From: Lama guanicoe
Lineage: Eukaryota
Length of the DNA: 64,000 nt
Assembly: GCA_013239625.1 (NCBI GenBank)
Contig: MU057202.1
Span: 3,919,101-3,983,100, forward strand
Reading direction: 5' to 3'
Shown: piece by piece, positions 36,158-49,000 of the stretch
Layout: every line of letters begins with the position of its first letter
How positions within the stretch are numbered: position 1 is the first letter of the stretch
Translations under genes and position numbers: made by a program
Notes under the pieces: generated by a model
Told to the model about the DNA's origin: nothing
Seen by the model: the letters and a program-made list of their open reading frames with translations, nothing else
The model's database searches: none

Positions 36158-39100
36158 GTGCTGATGGCAGATTGTGATAAGCCTGTGGTGTCCGTGTGAC
36201 ATCCGTCACGTAAGGATCTGGGACTTGGATGCACGTCCTTGTCCCTCGGTGCACACAACCTCCTGTGGGAGAAGCAGCTTTGGAAGCTGGGGGTTTTATG
36301 GGTTTTCTTGTCTGGATCCTCCAGCCCTGCAGGGTGTGTGGATTCCCATTCTGCTGCCTCAGATAACAGAGGACTATTAAACAACTATTAACACATCCAA
36401 AATTAACAGCTTGTGAGGTGCTGACTGATTGTCATGCTCATTTCGTGGGGGGCAGCTGGTGTGGAGGAGTGGGAATTTGAGCCTCACAGTCTATCTGTGA
36501 CAACCTTGAAGGGGCCTCTTGTGGACGACTGGAGGCACTGCTTCCACTTTTACCGCATCACCTGCCGTCGTGGTCATAGTCTGGGGAGCAGAGCCTCCAG
36601 GGATGTGCAGGGCTGAGGTCCAGTTCTGACGAGGATCCCAAGTGGTTGCTGTTCACCTGGTCAGAACTGCTTGTGGGTTGTAGGTGCACCTCAGGGACAC
36701 AAAACCAAAGTGTTGGTGTCGCCCCCATGCCTGCAGGGGCTTGGTCACATCTGTCTCATTTCCTGTGTGTACCTGCTCTTTAATTGGTTTGCGCTGGTTT
36801 GGCAGTAGTTGCAAATAACATCTCAACTTGCTTTGCTCTTTTTTTTTTTTTTTAACTAGAGGAATTTCAATTTCCTAGGCTGTTCTTAAGGAAGAAATAA
36901 TTTAAAGTTTATTTTCTAAGCTATACAGTATTCTACTTTGGAGAGAAAGTGTGCATCATGGAATTTTAACACAAGGAGTGTTAGCCCTCTAGGGTGAGCT
37001 TTGTTTTGAATCTGTATCCTGTAGCTGCTTTGTGAAAATGTAGGTAGTTGGGTGTTTTTAAAAGAATTGGAATTAATCCTAATTTCCAGTCACTTCTAAG
37101 TGTAATGTACAGGAAACTGTGGTCACTTTAAATTGTTTAGGCTCTTCCTTACCTAACTCAGTTGAAGCCGAATTCTTATTTCTCATGAGTTTTATTTAGA
37201 GGTGATCACACTTGCCATTTTTTTCTCTTATGCTTTCTACATTTTATGAAAGAAAACTGGTCTCTGTGGTTTTGGGGTTTTTTTTAAGTAAAGTCTGGAA
37301 GAGAAAAGTAGGAATGAGGCCTCCCTCCAGCCCCTGGAGGCCTTTGTCTGGAGCGGTTCACGCCCAGCTCCAGGACTTCCCAGCGTCCTTGCCCTTGTAC
37401 TTTTTGCTCCAGCTTAGAGGTGAGACGATACCAAGTGTGCTGACTCTGGCTTGGTCTCCTGGCCTGGACCATCTGGAGACTTGAGTCCAGGTGTTGGGCC
37501 AGGGAGGGTGGGCAGAGCTGGTGAGGGGTGGTGTTGGGTGGTCCTGGCAGTAGACAGTGATGTGGGGGGTAGTTACTGGAAGAAAGTGGTGAGAACTGGT
37601 GTCCAGGTATTCACTGCGCACCTCCTGTGTGCCAGACCCAGTGGCAGGGACAGTAGTGAACCAAACAAGCTGTATCTTTGCTTGGTGGAATTTTCTGAAA
37701 GACCTCTAGGCCTCACTGAGGGTTTGTGGGCTTGGTTTGCGGTGGAGACTGGCCACCTATTGGCCAGGTATAGGAGGATGATCTGCTGGCTCGAGGCCTG
37801 GTCAAGGCCCTTCAGGCCAGGAAGAGGGGCTGGCCTTCCAGAGACTTGTGGACCCACCCTCCAGGGAAAGGCTCAGCACCCTAGGGCTCTTCCTCCAGAT
37901 CACTGGGGTCTGGGGATCCAGGAGGTCCTGTGGGGAAAGTGGGCGTGTGTGTCAGACCTGGTCCCTCTTCAGCTGTGGTGCCTCAGCTGGGCTGCCCTCC
38001 TTTTTAAGCCCCAGTGTCCACAACTGCAGGTGGACTCCCTATCACACAATGTTGCAGAGATCCTGCGGAGGAGGCAAATTGGGTCATTGTTGAAAGAGAC
38101 CAAGAGCATAGAGGGTGTCATCCTGTCCCAGCAGTTCTCACCAAGAGTATCACCAAAAGCCACCAGATGAGTCAGGTAGGAACAGCCGACTGTCAGCTAG
38201 AGACACTGCTCAAGGACACTGCTGCCGCCCTGGCCCACGCTGCCAGCATCCCTTGGGAACCCTGGGCAGCTATGTCTTCATGGTCTCCCTCCTACCCTGG
38301 CCTGTGGTCCTGCCTGTGTGGGCTGGACCCAGCAACTTGGCTTCTGCTGGAACAGAAGTGAAGGACAAAGGGTGCAGAGAGTCCACTTACCCGGGGAAGC
38401 AGTGTAGACAGGTGCCCTGGGCAAGCCTCCGCAAGGGGGCTTGGGGGGCTCCTGGGTCAGGAAAACCCCGGGTTGAGGGAGAGCCTGTCCTGGACAGTGT
38501 CCCGTGTCCCAACTGGGATGACAGACCTGCATGTGGTCAGCCAGGTCCCCTCTCCAGGCGCACCTGTTTCATTTCTAAAGTTAAAAGCCAGACCCTGCAG
38601 GAAAACCTGACAGGTTGCAGATGTTCTGAGATAAAATAACATTTCTTCAGGAAGAAAGAAACAGGCAGAGGGCAGCTTATAAAAAGCTCCGCCAGATGTG
38701 GAAATCCTGTTAGCCCTCTGCCACCCCACTCCCCCATTGCAATTTCTAGTTTCCACACGCCTTGCAGGGCTGGCTGGGCTGGGCCTGCGTGCTCTGCACT
38801 GAAGACAGGACACAGGACGAGGCAGCAGGGTATGGCGGTGGCCTTTTCCCACCTCTGAGTCCCACGCCCAGCCTTCCCAAGGCAAGGTCACTTGCATACA
38901 GCCTGGGGGTGGCTTTGCACGTGGCCCCACTTTCCAGGTGAGATGGGATACTGGGCGGCCTGGAACTTGTTGAGGCCACACGTGGACCCAAGGGTGGATT
39001 CCCAGGAGCTCAGGGCCGCTTATTGAATTGGGCGATGTAGCAGTTCAGTTGGGCTTTGAAGAGTAAGTAGGAGTTGGCTGGTGATGGGGAGCTGGTGCAC

Positions 39101-39319
39101 ACAGCACTGTGCCTTGAAAGCAAGGATGCTTCACTGTTGGGCCAAAAATTGGTGACTAGAAGCACTTAAAGAGACAGCCATGGGGTTAAGTACACAAGAA
39201 AGGACTGAGTGTTAGGTGGTCCCGCAGGGACCTTCGTGCTGCAGACCTGCAGACCCTTCTCCAGAGAGTACGTACTTCAGGCTTTCTGGGCCATACAGTC
39301 TGTCCCAGAGACTCAAGAG

Positions 39320-39420
39320 TTTTTTGGGGTTTTCTGGGGGTGGTTCATCAGGGTTATTTTACTTCCCTAGTGGTGGCACTGGGGATTGTGTGCATTCCAC
39401 CACTGAGCTACACCCTCCCC
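39320..39420 (-). mobile_element. tRNA-derived SINE, degenerate
   Basis: CACTGGGGATTG...CCACTGAGCTACACCCTCCCC. Confidence 0.75.
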
Positions 39421-39559
39421 TTCTCAACTCTGCTCTTGCAGAGCGAAATCAGCCTCAGACATGGCTGAATCCCAGTAAAACTTGATTGACAAAGTGGGCT
39501 GTCAGATTTGGCCCCAGGGGCTGCAGCTCCCAACCCCCACCTACATTCCCTGAGGGAGC

Positions 39560-39870
39560 TCATTGGGTTCAGACTGCCAGAACAGAAGCACCGCAGATGG
39601 GGCTTGTGGACGGCAGACGGAGATCCCACAGTCCCGGAGGCTGCAAGTCAGAGAGGGAGGCACCAACAGACGGCATCTGGTTCAGAGAAGGCGTCTTCTC
39701 TCTGTCCCCGCGGCTGGGGGCCAGGCAGCTGTCTAGGGCCCTGTTTATAAAGGCACTAAGGCTCCATGCTTACGACCCGAGCACCTCCCGGGGCCCCCCC
39801 AGTGCTGTCACAGTGAGGGCTAGGGTTTCAACAGACAGATCTGGGGGGGACACAAACACTCAGTCTATGG
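39560..39870 (-). mobile_element. MaLR LTR (MLT1-like)
   Basis: CACAGTCCCGGAGGCTGCAAGTC...AGGGTTTCAACA...GGGGGACACAAACACTCAGTCTAT. Confidence 0.7.
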
Positions 39871-39934
39871 AAGAGGGCCATATGATGTTACTAATAAAGG
39901 AAAGAAGTTATAGAACAGAAACTGCACCATGGTC

Positions 39935-40020
39935 TCCTTCAACATTTATTGGGTACCTACTATGTGCCAGGCACAGTCCTAGGCCCACAGACTCGGCTGT
40001 GAGAAGGAACAGGACGGTCC
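39935..40020 (-). mobile_element. LINE-2 3' end fragment
   Basis: TTCAACATTTATTGGGTACCTACTATGTGCCAGGCAC. Confidence 0.65.
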
Positions 40021-40080
40021 CCCAAGCTGGCAAAAAGGGCTCCAAGGGTAGGAAACAACTTTTAAAAATTCATACAAACA

Positions 40081-40239
40081 ACAAAGTCCTACTGTACGGC
40101 ACAGGGAACTATATTCAATATCTTGTAGTATATAATGCAAAAGAACATGAAAACGAATGTGTGTGTGTAGACGTATGAACTGAACTGTTACTGTACGCCA
40201 GAAATCGACACAACATTGTAAACTGACTACTTCAATAAC
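40081..40239 (+). mobile_element. 5'-truncated LINE-1 3' end with perfect 17-bp TSD
   Basis: ACAAAGTCCTACTGTACGGCACAGGGAACTATATTCAATATCTTGT...ACATTGTAAACTGACTACTTCAATAA; TSD AAAAATTCATACAAACA at 40064-40080 and 40240-40256; TTT/AAAAA endonuclease site. Confidence 0.9.
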
Positions 40240-42479
40240 AAAAATTCATACAAACAGATTGCGTGGGAGCTGGAGGCATACGCGTCAAAATGTTAAGCGT
40301 TTCTGGGTGCTAGAATTTTCTTTCTTGCTTGTCTACATTTTCTAATGTCTCAACAAGGAACATACATTAATATCTTCTGCACCACAGTAACAGCAGAGTG
40401 TATGGGGGTGGGGATCTCATTTCCTGCATGTGGGTGCCTGAGCTCCACCCCCCTTCCGGGCCCTTCCCATCCCTGGGGCCTCCGTGGGCTGGCGGGCGGT
40501 GGGTCCTGCGCCTGGCTGGCCCTGGGGAAGACCAGGGCTACAGGAATCCAGTGTTTCCTCTGCAGTTTCTCTCCACTGGCCACCGTGCTGGCCCCTCCTG
40601 CAGAGTCAGCTCTGGAGCTGAGCCCAGGGTCGCCCCACAAGGCGGGGGGGGGCCTGTTGCCGTGAAGCTATGGTGGAGACCTCAGTGGGTCCATAAATCT
40701 TTGGACCTCAGAGACTCGAATTCCCAAACGGAATTCTCTTTCCTCTCTGCCCTTTTGGTGAAAATGCCACATTACTCGCTGGTGCTGTGTGTGTGGTGGT
40801 TAAGAGCTGGACAGAGGCCAGGTTTAAGCCTGGTACTTACACTGGCCAGCTGGGTGGCCTCAGCAAATTGCTGGGCTTTTGTTGGCCCCTTTCCTCATCT
40901 ATGAAACAGGGCTGTTGTGAGGGTTTGTGGAGAGCACCATCACAGGGAGCACAAACAGTGCCCAGTGGAGATAGCCGTCCTCCATGCTGGTGGGAGAGAG
41001 GTCCTGGGGGTAATTGCCCAGGCCTGGTGGGCCAACGTGATGACCGTGAGCCTTGCCAGGAGCTGCTGAGTGTGCCAGTGTGGGGCTGGATGCCCACTGG
41101 AGCCTCGCCTCTCCTGGGGTTTCGCATCCTCATCCCTGTTAAAACTCAGAGAGGCTGAGGGGCCTTGCCTAGGGTGCCGGTGGAGCTGGTGTCCAGAGGA
41201 AGCTGTCTCTGGGCGGGCATGGGGCCCCTGCGAGCCAGTAAGCTACCACAAGCCCATGTGCACAGTTGCTGCGCTAAAGATTGGGATACCCCCAGCTCTG
41301 GGAAGCAGGGCTGGGACAGATGCCGGGGCTGGAGATCCCTGAGGGGTTCCAGGCTGGTAACTATCTGCAGAGAGAAGCAGACTCTTCAACTGCTGGTTTT
41401 TGAAGCTTTTGGAATCTGGGCCAGCTTTCAAGAGGGGGTGACATGACAGGGAGGCTTGGTGAGGAGGAGGAAGCAGGCACAAGACTGGCCCGCTGGGCCT
41501 TTCCCTTTCCCGCAAATTGGGCACAAGTTCTTTGCCTTCCAGGCACATTAGAGATGCGCTCACCTTCCCACCCGTGGAAGCTCCTCTGCTGAGACTGGAG
41601 TGCAACCTCCGGCCTCCCACCTCTGCCCGGGCCACGTCTTTGTCCTGCTAGTGGCTGGGCCCTCTGACCCCAGGATCTTCTTCCGGAGTGCCGGTGGCCG
41701 AGGCTCAGCCCGGAGCCTCTGGAGCTCACAGATCTTGCTGCACCTGGGATCTAGTCTCTGCGCCCCTGGTCCTTGGGCGCCTTCACCTTAACCCTCTTCC
41801 TGCCGCCCTTGCACCATGGCTTTTGGCCAGGTCTATGCCCTATTTTCAGGCAGAAACTAGCAAAGAGATTGGGCTTGGAGGTGGTTTCTGCCTCCACCAA
41901 CACCCCCTCTTCCATACTGCTTCCGCTGCTGGGACCAGGTAGTCCAGGGTAGGAGTGTAGCTCAGGGCGGAATGGAGCCCCGGCCTCTTCCAATCTCCTG
42001 TAGGGGACAGATGTGGAAGAGCCCCCAGGCTCGGTCTGGTCAGACTCTGGACCTCACCGCAGACACCCTCCACACCAGGGTGGGGGTGGGGGGGCTGTGC
42101 TGGTTCTGGGACTACAGGTTCTGGGAGAGCAGACAGGTTCTTCCTGTCTCCAGCCCAGCAAGGTGCCCAGCACACGGGAGGTGCCCACTACCTGCTTTCT
42201 GACTGAGCTGGTGCCTCACCAATGCAGCAAGGCCTGGAGATGGATCCCAGAGATGCGGGGAGAGGTGCAGATCTGGTGTTAAACTGGGCCTCTGTTGTCC
42301 CCTGGCTCCCACAGGGGCTGCCTATGTGGGACCCTGGACCAGGCCCAGGGCAGCGCAGAGCCTCCTGCTGGGGAACAGATCCTGACCCAGGGAGCTGTGG
42401 GGCTCTGCACAGTCTGGAAGGGCACACACGGCCCGGACCCCAGAACCCCCCACCCTGGAAATTTGAGCCCAGCTAACCC

Positions 42480-44130
42480 GGGACATCCTTGAGGGGGGAT
42501 AGGGACAAAGGGCGGGCTGAGGCCACCGCTGGGAGCCCACTCCCCGCCCCCCTCGCCCTCTCCACTGTCCCCTCCTCTGTTTCACCCTCTCTGACACCCC
42601 ACCCTCTACAGTCCCCGCGCAGTGGCTGCCGCCAGAGCCACGTGTGCCCGTGCCCCGCAGGCGCACAGGGAGGGAAGCGTGGCCACGCCTGGCCCGGCCA
42701 TCATTTCCCCGGGCGGCCAAGGCGCGGATTCGTGGACAGCGGCCCCTTGGTGGGCCCAGACTGGTCCCCGAGCGCTAGCGCCGGGAGCATGAGCACGAGG
42801 TCGGAGCGCGCAGTGGCAGCAGCGGCCCACGGGGTGGTACCAGCGCCCTGCGCCTCGAAGGTGGAGCTGCGGCTCAGCTGCCGGCACCTGCTGGACCGCG
42901 ACCCGCGACCCGCTCACAGTCCGACCCCAGCGTGGTGCTGCTGCTGCAGTCGCAGAGCCAATGGGTGCAGGTAGGGGCGAGGGCGGGGGTGCAGAGGGAA
43001 GAGGCCTAGGGGTGGACGGTGGTGCCGAGTGGGGACGCAGAGACCCAGGTGGGTGTGGGAAGCTAATGGGGCCCAAGGCAGCGGCGTCGGAGCTGGGGCT
43101 GAGCGCAGGGTCACGGGTGGGGTTACCGGGTCTAGGGGTGCGTGCCCAGGAGCTGTGGCAGTGGAGGTGTCCGGAGTGGGCTGGAGGCGGACCTGCACAG
43201 GGAGCTCCAAGCAGAGAGAGGAGCGCTGGAGTGGAGGGTGCGACCCAGGGTTGGGGGGGGCCTCCGGGGCCAGAGAGGCGCCGCAGGAGGCCTGCCTAAG
43301 GGGCAGAAAGGAGTGGAGGGGCAGGGGTTGGACTGGGGCCGCCGGTCCCTCTCCGCCCGCGGGGCAACCAGGAGCGCGGCTTTTCTGCCGGGTCCTCCTT
43401 CGCAAGGCGGGGGTGCCCGGACCTGGAGCAGGGAGGGCCGGGAGGGGAGCGGCCGACCCGGGCCGGAGCTCGCTGGGAGCCGAGGACTTGATCTCCGAGA
43501 CTGGGACGCCCCGTCTGCAGGGCCCCCCAGCCTGTCGCTTCTCCTGTTCTTGAAGACTGGCGGGGTCCCCAGGGACCTCGGCGCGTGGCCAGGGCAGCCT
43601 GGCGTGTGGCCAGGGTTGGGGACCCGGCTCTGGGCGGGCGGGCCTCTGCGCCGCGGGGCCCCCCTTCAAACCTCTCGTCCTGGGAGTGCCCGGGGCGCCT
43701 GCGCAGGAGCGGGGCTTCCACGGGGCCCGCTGCCCTCGTCATCCCCGCCCGGCCCAGCCCTCCCCGCGGGCGGGTCGCGGCGACGGCTCCGGACGCTCCG
43801 GGCGCTCCGGGCGCTCCGGGCGCTCCGCGCCGGACGAAGCGCTTTCTCGGTCAAAATCTCACGCGAGACGCGTGGCTTCACCTCGAAAGAGCAGGAGATC
43901 GGGGCGCGAGCCGAGGTCAGGGGCTGAAGGGGCTGGTGAGCAGGGGAGCGGGGGCCCGAGCCCGCGGCGGCTCCAGGCTGTCCCCGCCGGCGGGCCCCTC
44001 CCACGCTCTGGCGCCCCCTGGCGGGGTGGCGGCACGCGGGGTGGGGCGGGGGCGGGGGACGCGTCTGGGCCCAAGAGCCCAGGGGCTCGGAGGCCAGGAG
44101 CGCCGCGACCTTCTGATCCGTGACTCTGTA
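42480..44130 (+). promoter_or_regulatory. CpG island over CPNE7 promoter, exon 1 and intron 1
   Basis: High CpG and GC content, multiple GC boxes (CCCCGCCCC near 42542, GGGGCGGGG near 44043). Confidence 0.75.
43785..43827 (+). repeat. 9-bp tandem repeat (GGGCGCTCC) x~4
   Basis: GGCTCC GGACGCTCC GGGCGCTCC GGGCGCTCC GGGCGCTCC G. Confidence 0.9.
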
Positions 44131-45245
44131 CGGTCTCTTGTCATCTCCGGACCACCAGAGACAGATGCCTGCTTCTGGTTTCACTGTCCAGGGTTCCAAT
44201 CCGCTCTGTCCCTGACTTGGGGTGCCCTTGGGCCCCACCCTTCCCCCTTCTGAGCCTGTTTCCCCATCTGCGATGTGGGCGGCCGGGGGAGTGAGGAGTG
44301 AGGGAGGGGCGGCCTGGAGCCTCGCAGCATCTTGTGGGGTGGGGTCTTCCCACAACACAGTCTGGAAGCAAGGACCACCTGAGGGCAGATGGGAGGGGAA
44401 GGGGACCCTGAGGGCCTCACTCGGCGCTGCCGGCAGGTGGACAGAACCGAGGTGGTCCGGAGCAGCCTGGACCTGGTGTTCTCCAAGGCCTTCACGCTCG
44501 GCTACTGCTTTGAGGAGGTGCAGAAGCTGCGCTCTGAGGTCTATGACGCCCACGGGCCCAGCAGCCTGAGCTGTCGGGGTGACAACTTCCTGGGGGGCGT
44601 GGAGTGCACCTTGGGGCAGGTGAGTGCCCATCCCCTTGGGAAGGCAGGGGCAGGATGGGCACTTGGGCAGGTCCTGAGGGCTCGCTCTATGGCAGTGGTG
44701 GCATGGGGACAATGAATAGATGCCGACTGTGTACCAGCATGACCCCCAGCGCTGCCTGTCTCCACAGCTCCTTCTCTTAAAAAACTCTTTTTGGTTATTT
44801 TTAAAAATATGTAATTTTGTGCTGGGTAATATGGATCCAAAGCCAGAAAGTGTGACAGGCACACATGGAAGGCTTCCCTCCTGCTCTGTCTCCAGGGACA
44901 TTACATTCTTCTGCAGAGACGTCTTCTCACTAGAGCCAAGGAACGCGTGCTCTTTTCTCTATATTCATGTATTAGAAAACCCAAATGGCATACACTGTTC
45001 TGCAGCTTGCTTTCTTCACTTCCATGACACAAGGGAGCCCTTCCCGTGTCTCTCCCGTGGCCTGTTGGTCCAGCTCCCACCTGAGAGACACTGTGTCCTC
45101 CACTCCAGTCGTCCGTCAGCTCCTCCATTATCAGTGTAACAGGAGTGCCTGCTCTCGCCACCAGCCAGGCTACTTAGCGCTAGCCTCTGTGCTGAACACT
45201 CCGTGCGTCCCACGTTAAATTCTTGTGAGGGCTACAAGGGCACTG

Positions 45246-45520
45246 CTTTTTATTGAGGTGTAATGTACGCACAGTAGAATGTGTAGACCTTGAGGGTTGA
45301 GACTGATGAGCTTAGACGGTGGTCCACCTGACTGTCACCCAGATTACACGGAACATTCTCATCACCTGCAGGTTCCCCTGCTCCTCTCAGCACACCCCCC
45401 GCCCTGATAGCTCTGCCTGTCCTAGAATTTCATGTCCGTGAATCTCATGGGATGTTCTCATTTGTGTCTGATTTCTTTTACCCAACATGATGTCTGGGTG
45501 ACTCATCCATGCTGCTGCCT
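45246..45520 (-). mobile_element. Old LINE-1 3' end fragment
   Basis: CTTTTTATTGAGGTGTAAT...GCCTGTCCTAGAATTTCAT pattern typical of L1MC/MD/ME ends. Confidence 0.65.
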
Positions 45521-45893
45521 GGGTTGGAGATGGGCGGGTAGAGCCTTCTGTCAGATAAAAAGACCAAGACCCACGCAGGGCACAACCCTGCACAGGGCGG
45601 CGGTCCGCCCAGCCTGGCCCCCAGCTGCCCTCGTGAGCATGGAAGACGGGGACCACATACAGGGACACACATGGAAATATGCATGTCCAGCATGAAATAA
45701 GACTTGTTCAGAGAAGATGTGACTCTGTTTATGTGACAGCTTTAATTAACATCCGCTCTGGAAACCATTCCAGTATAGTCTATTGATGAAAATTGATTTT
45801 TTTTTGAATGATGTTAAGATGAAGTTAGTGAAAGATAATTTTCCCCTCCAGGAAGAAGTGGAGATTTAAAAAGGGAAATATGGCATTTCTTCT

Positions 45894-46032
45894 GGGGGGA
45901 GGGTATAGCTCAAGTGGTAGAGCGCATGTACAAGGTCCTGGGTTCAATCCCCGGTACCTCCTCTAAGAATAAATAAATAAATAAATCTAATTACCTCCCC
46001 CTCCAAAAAAAACCCCCCAAAAATAAATAAAT
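45894..46032 (+). mobile_element. tRNA-derived SINE, near full length, in CPNE7 intron 2
   Basis: GGGGGGAGGGTATAGCTCAAGTGGTAGAGCGCATG...GGTTCAATCCCCGGTACCTCC; TSD AAAAGGGAAATATGG at 45869-45883 and 46033-46047. Confidence 0.92.
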
Positions 46033-49000
46033 AAAAGGGAAATATGGAATACAAATTGGTCTTTGCTCAAAAAAACTCACATGCATAGAGGCATGTAAAA
46101 GCCCATGCTTGCACAGACATCCGTGTGCAAACAAGTGTGTGCATGCCTGCACACGCAGACCTGTGCACGGCACACACGGACACATGTGTGGACACGCACA
46201 CGTCTGGGTAAACACACACACTTTACATTATGGAAAGGTCCTCAGGACCTCCTGCTCTGCAGCCATTCTGGTCTGGGCTGGTAGGGCCGCCTCAATGGCC
46301 AAAGGCTTGGACACTTCAAGTCCCAGGCGTGCAACACGGACCCTGCAGCTGTCCCATTTCTCCATAGGTGAGCCCAGAAGTGAGCCTTCAACTGAGAGAA
46401 CCTGGGGGCCTGGCGTGGGGCCCCACCCTTCGCACCTCACACCAAGCTCTCCCACCCGAGGCCCATTTTGGCCTCAGCTTCCCCCACCTGGGATGGTTTC
46501 TCTTCTGCACAAAATGTTCTTGAATGCTCAGAGCTGTCAGCCAGGCAGACTGGGGTGGGGGTGGGGGTCCTGTCTCCCGTCTGTCTCAGCTCAGTCATGG
46601 CAGTGAGGGTCAGAGCTGGCCACGCGGAGGCTAGAGTCCCCACCCACACTGCAGTCGCTGGTCCTGCAGCTGCCACGAGGGGTGGTCAGCTTCTGTCTGG
46701 TCTACAGGCCAGCCTAAGAGCTGCCCTCTGGTGTCCCTGTGTCAACTCTTGGCCCAGTTAGTGGGTTATAGCCTGAAGGGGCTGCAGCCTGGTGGTGGGG
46801 GGGAGGCCGAGACCGCTCGGAGGGCCCAGCGCAGGCCAGCCCTGGCTTGGGAGGCTCCCAGGGCCCGATGCCCTGCTTTTGCCGTAGGTCACATGTGTGC
46901 TGACCGAAGGGACCCTGGCATTCTCCCTCATCTCTGAACCTGTTTTCTCACCTGACCATGAGCGGTGGGAGGGCCCATGAGGCAAGGAGGTGAGGGTGCC
47001 TGGCAGAGGGAGAGAGGACAGAGGGCCAGTCAGATCCAGGCCCCAAGGGGCCCTGAGTGGTACGTTTTGAGGAGTCAGGTCACTGAGGGCGGGTTAGGGT
47101 CCCCAGGGGAGCAGGTGCGGACACCCCCCCCGCCCCATTGCCTCTTCTGACTTGCAGATTGTGGCTCAGAAGAAGGTGACCCGAGTGTTGTTGCTGAAGT
47201 TTGGCAGGAAGGCTGGCAAGTCCAACATCATGGTTAGGCTCCGCCTTCCCCCTTCAGACCCAGGCCTGACCTCACTGCCCTGAAGGCCCAGGCTGCTGGG
47301 GCTTCCGGACGCCTCCCTCAGGCTGGGTTGCAGCTGGACCAGGAAGGGTGGTAGTTGGCAGTCTGGAGCCCGAGGGCCCACGATGGGTCTGGTCAGCCCC
47401 TCCTGCCCAGCCTGGAGCCGAGGCTTCCCCACCCCCAGGTGACTGCCGAGGACATCTCAGGAAACAAAGGCTGCGTGGAACTCTCCTTCCCGGCCAGGAA
47501 GCTGGACGACAAGGTGAGGGGGGCCCATGGCAGGTGGGGGCCAGGGCCAGCCTGAGAAAAGCACTGCTTCTCCCCTGTAAGGAGGTGCAGACAGGACTAC
47601 ACTTGTGTCCACAGGGAAACTAGTGGGTGTGGAGTGAGAAGCTCCCAGAGCCGCGGGGTTGGGGAAGGGGGCTGCCAGGCTGCTGTGCTGCAGTCAAGGG
47701 CCTGTTCTGTCATTGTCTCTGCTGGGCCCCACCCAGAATCCCCACAGCCCCCTGTGGCGGGCACTAACCGCCTGTTTAGGGAGGGGGACACATGCTCAGT
47801 GAGGTCCCCCATCCAGACAGAGGAGGAAATGGATCTGAACTCGGTTCTGGTTCTGTTGGCTCTCACATGGGGTGGGGCACAGAGCAGGGGTCTGACCTGG
47901 TGTGGGGCGTCCCTGCTGCCTCCTCCAAGGGAGGCTGAAGGTGGGAGAACGCAACACGTGGCCGGAGAGAAGCAGAGCCAGACACTGGGGCGAAGTCACA
48001 GAGGGGGTGCTGGGGGGCCAGGGAGGGCGAGGCCTGGGGGCTCAGGGGCTCTTGAGGAGGAAGACCCTCCTCAGAGCCAGGAGGGGCTGAACCTGGTGTT
48101 CCCCCACCGCCGCGTTCCCCGCCTTGCCGGGCAAAGCCTCTGCTCCTCCTGCAGGACTTCTTCAGCAAGCCGCACCCCTTCCTGGAGCTTTATCTGCTCA
48201 GTGACGCTCAGAGTGAGCAGCTGGTGTACAGAACAGAGGTGGGGGTCCCTGCCCAGCACCTGGGGGTGGGCGTGGGAGGGCGGGGAGGGAGCTGCCCCTG
48301 CTGCCCCTCTGCATCCCCCCGGCCCCACACCGCCACCTCCCTTTGAGCAGGGCCTTGTCATTACCTGCCCTGAAACTGGATTTACAGCAGTTACAGCAGA
48401 GGGAGAGCATTTCCTTCTGAGATAGATTAACTTGGATGAAAAAAGACTATTTAAGGGAAAAGGAGTCCAGGTGTTCCAGGAACGCGGGGAAGTTATGAAG
48501 GAGCGAGGCTCAGGCCGAAGCTCCGGAACCTGAGGCAGGGCCCCCGGGGCCGCTGGCCCCTCCTGGCTCACACGTGGTGGAGAACGACGTGTCCCACGTG
48601 GCAGCCTTTCAAAGTGCCTCTGAGCAGCCTGCGCAGCTGTGAGGAGTCTCGGCCTCTGAAGGTGGGTGGGGCGGGGCCGGGCTGGGGTCTGGGATGGGGC
48701 TGGGCCAGTCCTGCCAGATCACACTTTGGAGTTGGGGTTCGTGGGGAGGGGTGGTGGGGAGGGGGCGCCCAGGCTGGGGGCCCCAGAGGGGCAGGGGGCT
48801 GAGGGCTCCTGGGCTCCCCAGTGCCTCGTCTGGGATTATGATTCCCGCAGGAAGCACGACTTGATTGGAGAATTCTCCACCACCTTGGAGCAGATGCAGA
48901 AAAACTTTGCAGAGGACCAGGTGAGCTGCTGGGGAGCAGCAGGGCCAGAGGGGCGCCCTGGGCTGTGCTGCGTTGCTGCATAAGTCGTGATGGCATTAGA

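Noticed and set aside
42914-44901. Long overlapping Pro/Arg/Gly-rich ORFs (up to 411 aa), also at 6820-7682
   Set aside because: Stop-codon depletion in CpG islands; low complexity and no homology I recognise.
45894-45965. tRNA-like sequence with A and B boxes
   Set aside because: Head of a tRNA-derived SINE with tail and TSD; there is no complete cloverleaf, so it is not a tRNA gene.
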